From IMG/VR virus record IMGVR_UViG_3300005253_000164: 26,989 bases of DNA, one strand, 5' to 3'. This DNA comes from an uncultured virus (IMG/VR IMGVR_UViG_3300005253_000164). Its lineage: Duplodnaviria > Heunggongvirae > Uroviricota > Caudoviricetes. Below the pieces are notes generated by a model. The model made no database searches. It saw nothing but the letters and a program-made list of their open reading frames with translations, and was not told the DNA's origin. Made by a program: the position numbers and the translations under genes. The stretch's first letter is position 1; each line of letters begins with the position of its first letter. This document shows positions 16,475 through 22,836 of the stretch, in pieces.

Positions 16475-16858
16475 ATGATTCCATCAAATGCAGTAAATTA
16501 CGTTTGGAGACATAGTAAAAACTTCAAATGCATCAGAAAAACAACTTTTCCACAAATAGTAGTATTGTGTGGGTCTACCAGATTTAATAATTTATATGAT
16601 GAAATGAGCCTTAAATTTACTAAAAAAGGAATGATTGTTTTATCTATAGGGTCACATTTACACAATGATAAAGATCTAAAAACAGATCCAGAAGAAAAAA
16701 TAATGTTTGAAGAACTTCATAAAAGAAAAATAGATCTTGCTGATCTGGTCTTTATTATAAATAAAAACGGATATATTGGAAGTTCTACTAGTTCAGAAAT
16801 TGACTACGCGATTAGCAAAAAGAAAAAAATCGAATATTTAGAGGGTGATATGATTTGA
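16475..16858 (+). CDS. NDT-fold (nucleoside deoxyribosyltransferase-like) protein
   Basis: IVVLCGSTRF..G.IVLS..LHKRKIDLAD.VFIIN..GYIG.ST..EI.YA is a phage-common NDT-like pattern. Confidence 0.75.
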   Translation: MIPSNAVNYVWRHSKNFKCIRKTTFPQIVVLCGSTRFNNLYDEMSLKFTKKGMIVLSIGSHLHNDKDLKTDPEEKIMFEELHKRKIDLADLVFIINKNGYIGSSTSSEIDYAISKKKKIEYLEGDMI

Positions 16859-17055
16859 AAGAAATGAGCAACCAATTAATCAGAGTCCTTTTGAAATCAG
16901 CAATCAGAAAAGAACTACGGTATCATCAAGATCTACTTGATGGACCACATTACCAAGGGATGGTCCTTGATGTTGAAAAAGTAAAAAAAGTCAAGGCTAA
17001 TTTCATTCAATTGTTTTCTGATGTAGAACAGGGAAAGATAGGGCGGATTGACTAA
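16855..17055 (+). CDS. Hypothetical protein
   Basis: TTG start 6 nt after GGTGA; coupled on both sides. Confidence 0.6.
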   Translation: MKEMSNQLIRVLLKSAIRKELRYHQDLLDGPHYQGMVLDVEKVKKVKANFIQLFSDVEQGKIGRID

Positions 17056-17729
17056 TGCTTAAAGAACCAAAACCTAAAATTAATCACATTTGGATCAGAG
17101 CAGATCTAGTCACCAGAATTGATGATCGGGGAGTAGCCCATGATCCAATGCGTTGTACTGGATGTGGTATCAAAGGTCTTGGCATTGGCATTCCCAGAGT
17201 AACCCAGAGACATCGTGAATGGAGAGATACCAGATTTGAAAATTGTGATACAACCAAATATTATATAGAACACAATAAATTCCCTCCAAAGAAAAAAATG
17301 AAGAAAATAAAGCATAATCTAGATGACATATTAGAATTTCTCAAGGAAACATGGGCAGAAGATGATGAGATATATGAATATGAAGATTATCGTGACGAGG
17401 ATTTTGGTGTAGAATGGATTACTTGGAAACGCTGGAAAAAACCATTCCAACCTAATCCAGTAGACTTTTACAAAGGGGAATTATATTTCTTCCAAAATAT
17501 TGATGTGGAGACAGGATTTTACCAATTAGCAATTATTAATGATCCCAGATCCAGATACCCATTGGGATCTCGTCAATTCAGACGTAGAAATATGGTTCAT
17601 CAAGAATTTAGAGAGAATTCAGTGAGAACAACAGAAATAACCGAGAGGGCATTCATCCAAACCTTCTGGAATAAAAGTGGATTATCAGATAAATTCACAA
17701 AATGGATGAAAACAAAGGAGACAAATTAA
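17055..17729 (+). CDS. Hypothetical protein with N-terminal zinc-binding motif
   Basis: H.W....LVT..D...CTGCGIKG..C; TAATG coupled. Confidence 0.65.
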   Translation: MLKEPKPKINHIWIRADLVTRIDDRGVAHDPMRCTGCGIKGLGIGIPRVTQRHREWRDTRFENCDTTKYYIEHNKFPPKKKMKKIKHNLDDILEFLKETWAEDDEIYEYEDYRDEDFGVEWITWKRWKKPFQPNPVDFYKGELYFFQNIDVETGFYQLAIINDPRSRYPLGSRQFRRRNMVHQEFRENSVRTTEITERAFIQTFWNKSGLSDKFTKWMKTKETN

Positions 17730-17767
17730 TATGAAAACAAAAATAGTAAATAGGAGCATGAAAATAA

Positions 17768-20044
17768 ATGTCATTTAATAATTTTCAAATCGCTGTAAGC
17801 GATCAATTTGATAGAATGATTAGTCTTAGTACCGAATTATTCTATGTCGATGTGAGTAGAGATGAACTATTCAATCTTTACCTCGCAAGCTTCCCCGAAG
17901 GGGCAAACCCAATCTTTCGTGAAAGAACAGAACATGATTGCAATTGTTGTAAGAACTTCATTCGTAAGGCTGGCAACATGGTGGCAATCATTGATGGTAA
18001 CATTGAAACCGTTTGGGATGTTCAGCTTGAGGATCGTCATCAATATGTCGCCAATGCCTTAGCAGAGGCGGTAAGGTTCAGAAGTATTGCAGGCATCTAT
18101 CGTCAGAAAGAAAAGACCCTGGGTTCAAAACCCCATCGAGAAACAGATGAAAGTACAGGAAATTTTTACATCTTTGAACATTTTTACTATACACTTCCAT
18201 CCAAGTTCGTGGTTCAAGATGTTGCGAAATTTCGTGGCGATACCCACACCAACATGTCAATACTCAAAAGAAGCCTCACTGAAATTACTCTTGACGCAAC
18301 TGAAGATGTAATTGATCTGATTGAACGCAATAAACTCATTCGTGGTGCAGAACATCTTGAGGTTGTCAAGAAGTTCAAGAGGATCAAGAAAGAATTTGAT
18401 CAGCTTGATAAGTCTGATTGTGATTTATTCATATGGGAGACATCAGCAGAGATCGGGAAAGCTGGAAAGATCAAGAATACTGTTATTGGTACTCTACTGG
18501 TTGACATATCCACTGGTGTAGAGATTGGAGTTGCAATTGATAAATTTGGTGTCAAAGTCGATCCTCGAAATTACAAAAGACCTACTGGACTTGCAACCAA
18601 GGGCATGATCGCAAATGCCGAGAAGAAAGTCAAGGAACTTGAGATCGAGGATTCACTTGCTCGTAGATTTGCAACTGAAAAAGACCTCACTTCCAATAAT
18701 CTTCTATTTGTCAACAAAACAACTAAAAAGAAACTCAAAAAGAGTAAAAAGAAATCTTCTGTCTTTGATGAACTCCGCGAGGATACAAAGACCAAAATAT
18801 CTGAAAAATTACAGAAAGTTGAAATTGATGAGTTCATTGCAAACATCCTTCCACATGCTACAAATATTGAAATAATGATGGAAAATTCCCATGAAACCAA
18901 CTTGATGAGTTTGATCGCACCAACTAATGGTAAATGTCCTAACATTATGAAATGGGATAATCCCTTCTCCTGGTCTTATATTGGTGAAGTCACCGATTCT
19001 ATCATCAAAGAACGAGTAAAGAGAGCAGGTGGTAGTGTCACTGGTCTTATGCGATTTTCACTTGGATGGAGAAACTATGATGATCTTGATCTTCATTGTG
19101 AAGAACCCGATGGATCACATATCTATTATGGAGACATGCATTCTCGGAATGGTGGATGGCTCGATGTTGATATGAACGCGGGTGGTCGTAAATCGCGTGA
19201 ACCTGTTGAGAATATCACACACGAAACAGAAAGCCACCTCAAAGAAGGTAAGTACAAAATCTATGTTCACCAGTTCGCCAAGCGAGAAACTGATAATTAT
19301 GGTTTTGATATGGAAATGGAGTTTGATGGACAGGTTTACTTGTTCTCTTATGATAAACCAATGAAAAATAAGGAAATTGTACCTGTTATCGAGTTTACCT
19401 ATTCCAAAACCAATGGGATCACTATGGGTAAATCCTTACCTTCCAGTACCACCAGTAAAGAGGTATGGGGTGTCACTACTCAAGATTGGGTAAAGGTCAA
19501 TATGGTCCTCAACTCACCCAATCACTGGAATGGTCAGAATACAGGCAACAAACATTGGTTCTTTATTCTTAATGATTGTTTAAATCCTGACAGAGCAAGA
19601 GGCTTCTACAATGAATTCCTTAGAAATGAACTCACTCCCCATAGTAAGGTATTTGAGATGTTGTCTGCAAAGATGAAAACAGAAGAATCTAACAAACAAC
19701 TAAGTGGGTTAGGTTTTTCATCCACCTTGAACAATCGTCTGATCTGTAAGGTGGGATGGAATCAAGTTGGAAAATCTGATCGTGTAATGGAGATCATCTT
19801 TGCAAACGCTGGAAAGGAAGACACACCCATTTCACATAATATCCTCGAAAAATTAGGACTTTGTGAGGTTTGTAAGAAAGAAGTCACCAACCATGTTAGT
19901 AGGCTTCCATGTCCAAATGGTTGTGGTATATTTCACACCTCTCATTTCCTTGAATGGGTGCGTATCAAAGGGCAATGCCCTGTATGTAGACGAACAATCA
20001 CTCTACTTCAAATCAATGAACTAGTACAATTAGCCACTGTTTAA
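17768..20044 (+). CDS. Large phage-type protein with YfaP/DUF2135-like domain and C-terminal RING finger
   Basis: N-terminal FRERTEHDCNCCKNFIR motif; central RFSLGW..DDLDLH..EPDG.HIYY..GG.LDVD.N..PVENI; C-terminal CEVC..CPNGC..FH..H..EW..CPVC. Confidence 0.8.
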   Translation: MSFNNFQIAVSDQFDRMISLSTELFYVDVSRDELFNLYLASFPEGANPIFRERTEHDCNCCKNFIRKAGNMVAIIDGNIETVWDVQLEDRHQYVANALAEAVRFRSIAGIYRQKEKTLGSKPHRETDESTGNFYIFEHFYYTLPSKFVVQDVAKFRGDTHTNMSILKRSLTEITLDATEDVIDLIERNKLIRGAEHLEVVKKFKRIKKEFDQLDKSDCDLFIWETSAEIGKAGKIKNTVIGTLLVDISTGVEIGVAIDKFGVKVDPRNYKRPTGLATKGMIANAEKKVKELEIEDSLARRFATEKDLTSNNLLFVNKTTKKKLKKSKKKSSVFDELREDTKTKISEKLQKVEIDEFIANILPHATNIEIMMENSHETNLMSLIAPTNGKCPNIMKWDNPFSWSYIGEVTDSIIKERVKRAGGSVTGLMRFSLGWRNYDDLDLHCEEPDGSHIYYGDMHSRNGGWLDVDMNAGGRKSREPVENITHETESHLKEGKYKIYVHQFAKRETDNYGFDMEMEFDGQVYLFSYDKPMKNKEIVPVIEFTYSKTNGITMGKSLPSSTTSKEVWGVTTQDWVKVNMVLNSPNHWNGQNTGNKHWFFILNDCLNPDRARGFYNEFLRNELTPHSKVFEMLSAKMKTEESNKQLSGLGFSSTLNNRLICKVGWNQVGKSDRVMEIIFANAGKEDTPISHNILEKLGLCEVCKKEVTNHVSRLPCPNGCGIFHTSHFLEWVRIKGQCPVCRRTITLLQINELVQLATV

Positions 20045-20055
20045 ACCCACATGAG

Positions 20056-20074
20056 TTAAAATAAAATATTTTGT
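20056..20074 (+). repeat. 19-bp direct repeat TTAAAATAAAATATTTTGT (second copy 20406-20424) flanking the tRNA pair
   Basis: Exact match 350 bp apart; low complexity lowers significance. Confidence 0.6.
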
Positions 20075-20201
20075 ACATACTACCGTATTATTAAACAAAG
20101 TCTTAATAAACTATAATTAATATTTTCAATTATTCTATGATTACCATTTCCTCTCCCTCTCGTTTGGGACTCAGTTTACTATAATTTTTTATACAAAGTA
20201 A

Positions 20202-20286
20202 GCTGATATGGCAGAATGGTTGAATGCGTTTGGTTTAAGCCCAAATTGGTTAGTCCTCGCTATCGGTTCGAATCCGATTATCAGCA
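20202..20286 (+). tRNA. tRNA-Leu(TAA)
   Basis: Acceptor GCTGATA/TATCAGC, D arm GCAGAATGGTTGAATGC, anticodon stem TTTGG/CCAAA with loop TTTAAGC, long variable region, T arm ATCGG-TTCGAAT-CCGAT, discriminator A, CCA not encoded. Confidence 0.9.
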
Positions 20287-20295
20287 TCTTTCTTT

Positions 20296-20381
20296 GGCAG
20301 GTGTTGTTTCTTGTGGTCAAGAGGTTGGATTTAGAATCCAAAATGCGAGGCATCAATGGAGTTCAATTCTCCCATCTGTCA
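20296..20381 (+). tRNA. Non-canonical tRNA with TAG (Leu) anticodon, 8/4 fold
   Basis: Acceptor GGCAGGTG/CATCTGTC (8 bp, two G-U), D arm TTCTTG-TGGT-CAAGAG, anticodon stem TTGGA/TCCAA with loop TTTAGAA, V arm ATGC-GAG-GCAT, T arm GGAG-TTCAATT-CTCC. Confidence 0.75.
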
Positions 20382-20392
20382 TTTCATCCAAA

Positions 20393-20432
20393 TATTCATC
20401 TCGGATTAAAATAAAATATTTTGTTAACAAAT
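20393..20432 (+). repeat. TATTCATCTCGGAT..TTTTGTTAACAAAT bipartite repeat, copy 1
   Basis: 14-bp exact box plus operator palindrome; also at 21957 and 22518. Confidence 0.85.
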
Positions 20433-20460
20433 CTTATTAATATAGTGAGAATTATTTTAT

Positions 20461-20916
20461 ATGCCAATTTCCAATAAAAATATAATGAAAATAAACTATC
20501 CAAATAATATTTTCAAATTATTATCTTATTTTTTTCAAATAATAGTATCTGGTTTAATTATATATTATTTTAATTATATATTATCAGATGAACAACGACA
20601 AACATTGTATCACTGGAACGATCCACTTTTGACTATACTATTTTTATTTTTATTAATAACATTAATAATAATTAATATTAAATTATTTTTAAATATAATA
20701 TCTGATTATGTTGCTTGGTTTGAAAAAGAAAAAGATACTTTAAACAAGGATGAAAAAGACTTTTTTGAAACAATATTTAATATTTTAAGAAATAGAGGCG
20801 TAAAAACAGAGGATGCCTGTGAGATCGCAAATGAATATATTCTGTTGACACGAAATGTTCCTGCCGATCTTGATATGTTCTTGGAGAACAAAATAATAGA
20901 ACTTAATAAAACCTAA
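20461..20916 (+). CDS. Membrane protein (2 TM plus soluble C-domain)
   Basis: Two hydrophobic helices; extremely AT-rich 5' half; start may be ATG 20485. Confidence 0.65.
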   Translation: MPISNKNIMKINYPNNIFKLLSYFFQIIVSGLIIYYFNYILSDEQRQTLYHWNDPLLTILFLFLLITLIIINIKLFLNIISDYVAWFEKEKDTLNKDEKDFFETIFNILRNRGVKTEDACEIANEYILLTRNVPADLDMFLENKIIELNKT

Positions 20917-20933
20917 AATGGAGAATGTGAACT

Positions 20934-21632
20934 ATGAGAGATGAAATGAATAATTTATCAATACAGTCATCGATGCTTAAGTGGTATCCTTTAACTAAAG
21001 AAGTTAAGGTAAATCAGCCTAGGACAGAGATGTTAGAACTAACTTGGGAAGAAGCAAGATCTGGAGAGGATTACTTTGCGAGATCTGTGCAAAATAAAAT
21101 TATTAAATGGTTTAATACTTTAGATTTTGATTTCCCAGTTTTTATTAGAACTGATTTATCTAGTTGTAAACACCAATTTGAAGATACTTGTTTTGTTAAG
21201 TCAAAAGAAGATTTCCCAGAACATTTAAATGAATTAATAGTGGGAAATCGTTTGTTAGATATAATGGGGATACCATTCAAAGCTATTGTTGTCAGAGAGT
21301 TTATTACCCTTGATAGTAGATTTAAATCATTCAATGGTATGCCATTTGCCCCAGAGATTAGACTCTTCTATCGAGATGGGAAATACTTATGTCACCACAA
21401 TTATTGGCCTATAGAATCTCTATGGGGACAGGATGGTGTGAATTGGAAAAAACATTATGATGATATTGATCAAGTAATTAAAGCAGAGGCAGAGGATGTA
21501 AAGAAAGAGGCTAAGAAGATAGCTTCTGTTCTTAAGGGATACTGGTCGATTGATTTTGCGAAAGCTATAGATGGATCTTGGTATTTTGTGGATGCTGCAA
21601 TAGGCGACATCTCATTTCATATGACACATTAA
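20934..21632 (+). CDS. ATP-grasp fold protein (R2K-like peptide/amine ligase)
   Basis: PVFIRTD..S.KH, IVVREFI, EIRLF, YWSIDFA..DG.WYFVD are ATP-grasp motifs. Confidence 0.7.
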   Translation: MRDEMNNLSIQSSMLKWYPLTKEVKVNQPRTEMLELTWEEARSGEDYFARSVQNKIIKWFNTLDFDFPVFIRTDLSSCKHQFEDTCFVKSKEDFPEHLNELIVGNRLLDIMGIPFKAIVVREFITLDSRFKSFNGMPFAPEIRLFYRDGKYLCHHNYWPIESLWGQDGVNWKKHYDDIDQVIKAEAEDVKKEAKKIASVLKGYWSIDFAKAIDGSWYFVDAAIGDISFHMTH

Positions 21633-21646
21633 TAGGGTTATTAAAA

Positions 21647-21943
21647 ATGAGTATTTCAATATTAAAAAGGAATAACATGTTAGAATTAGAGCTAAAATTA
21701 CACAATTTTAAATTTCATACCTTAGCCCTTCAAAAAGACTGTTTTTCTCAATATTCATATAGGTGGGTTAGAGCTTATGCTGTTATATATAAAACAGATA
21801 CAGAAAAACACCTTGTAGAAAAAATCGCAGAAAACAATGAATATGAAATAAATAATAAATCTGTATTAAACATGTCTGAAAGTAGAGAAATGCATAATAA
21901 ATTTGGATATGATCTTCTATATATGATAATATGGGAATGGTAA
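21647..21943 (+). CDS. Hypothetical protein
   Basis: Start moved to the first ATG after the ATP-grasp stop. Confidence 0.55.
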   Translation: MSISILKRNNMLELELKLHNFKFHTLALQKDCFSQYSYRWVRAYAVIYKTDTEKHLVEKIAENNEYEINNKSVLNMSESREMHNKFGYDLLYMIIWEW

Positions 21944-21956
21944 GAATATTTCAAAT

Positions 21957-21999
21957 TATTCATCTCGGATAGAATATAATAATAATTTTGTTAACAAAT
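21957..21999 (+). repeat. Bipartite repeat, copy 2
   Basis: TATTCATCTCGGAT at 21957, palindrome at 21987-21998. Confidence 0.85.
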
Positions 22000-22125
22000 A
22001 TTACTGGCTGAATTGTCCCATTTAATTCTATTCTTCACAAGAAATTACTAATTCGAGACTTACAATAAAAGATTTATTCTTAAACTGATCTGTCTTTTTT
22101 TATAGCACAACTAAGACAATCTACT

Positions 22126-22515
22126 ATGAATAATTTACAACTTGATAAAGTTGCATTTTTATCATTTGGATTTTTAATATTGCAAATATGGGAACATTAT
22201 CCATTTGACGAAGTAGATGAATTCAAAACAATGGCATTGTGGGTTGTGCTATTTGTATTGGGAAGTGTATTATTATTTCTGACAAATTCTCTTAGATCAA
22301 AAGATCCCACCATAGATCCATTGTTCTATTTCATATTCGGGGCAATGTTTGGAACTATAGGGCAATATTATCTAGGCTATTATCTGAGTCTTTATCTTGA
22401 TACTCCTCTTTGGGTCTATAATCATCCTTGGATTTATTCTTCTCCTCTCTCAATTGTATTGTGGGGGATCGCAGGGGTTTTGTTTATACAAATTAAAAAA
22501 TGGGTTGAAAATTAA
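22126..22515 (+). CDS. Membrane protein (about 4 TM)
   Basis: 129 aa, four hydrophobic segments; sole gene between repeat copies 2 and 3. Confidence 0.75.
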   Translation: MNNLQLDKVAFLSFGFLILQIWEHYPFDEVDEFKTMALWVVLFVLGSVLLFLTNSLRSKDPTIDPLFYFIFGAMFGTIGQYYLGYYLSLYLDTPLWVYNHPWIYSSPLSIVLWGIAGVLFIQIKKWVEN

Positions 22516-22517
22516 AA

Positions 22518-22560
22518 TATTCATCTCGGATTAAATATATCAATCATTTTGTTAACAAAT
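22518..22560 (+). repeat. Bipartite repeat, copy 3
   Basis: TATTCATCTCGGAT at 22518, palindrome at 22548-22559. Confidence 0.85.
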
Positions 22561-22635
22561 TTTTGCCATAATCTATACGATCACAAATAAAGCTGAACAA
22601 TAACTTTAAAAATATTCAATTAGATATATTGTTAA

Positions 22636-22836
22636 ATGAATAAAAAAATAGAGCCAGAAGAGAAGCCAGAAATACAAATAAGTGAAGTAAAAGACACTAA
22701 ACGCAATGAGTTTCTAAAGAAAAATGGTATTACTAAGTGTTATTGTGATATATATCCCGATCATCCAGACGTTTGGAATTATTGGTCAAATGGAACGAAA
22801 ACATGTGTATACTGTGGAGTTGAAAGAAATGAGTAA
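22636..22836 (+). CDS. Small zinc-binding protein
   Basis: 66 aa; CYC..H..CVYC; TTTAAAAA TATA-like box about 25-30 nt upstream. Confidence 0.6.
   Translation: MNKKIEPEEKPEIQISEVKDTKRNEFLKKNGITKCYCDIYPDHPDVWNYWSNGTKTCVYCGVERNE

Noticed and set aside
17862..19364. Several alternative-frame and antisense ORFs inside the 758-aa gene
   Set aside because: Shadow ORFs favoured by higher GC and codon bias; no independent signals.
20330..20336. Reading the second tRNA as an amber/ochre suppressor or as evidence of a recoded genome
   Set aside because: The centred anticodon in the 7-nt loop is TAG (reads CUA). TAA, TAG and TGA all end tightly coupled genes here, so the standard code fits.
20208..20440. 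Track ORFs 20208..20414 and 20216..20440
   Set aside because: They overlap the two tRNA genes and the repeat; spurious.
22724..22828. Hydrophobic N-terminal extension of the HerA-like ATPase
   Set aside because: Overlaps the 22636..22836 gene; ATG 22829 gives ordinary translational coupling.
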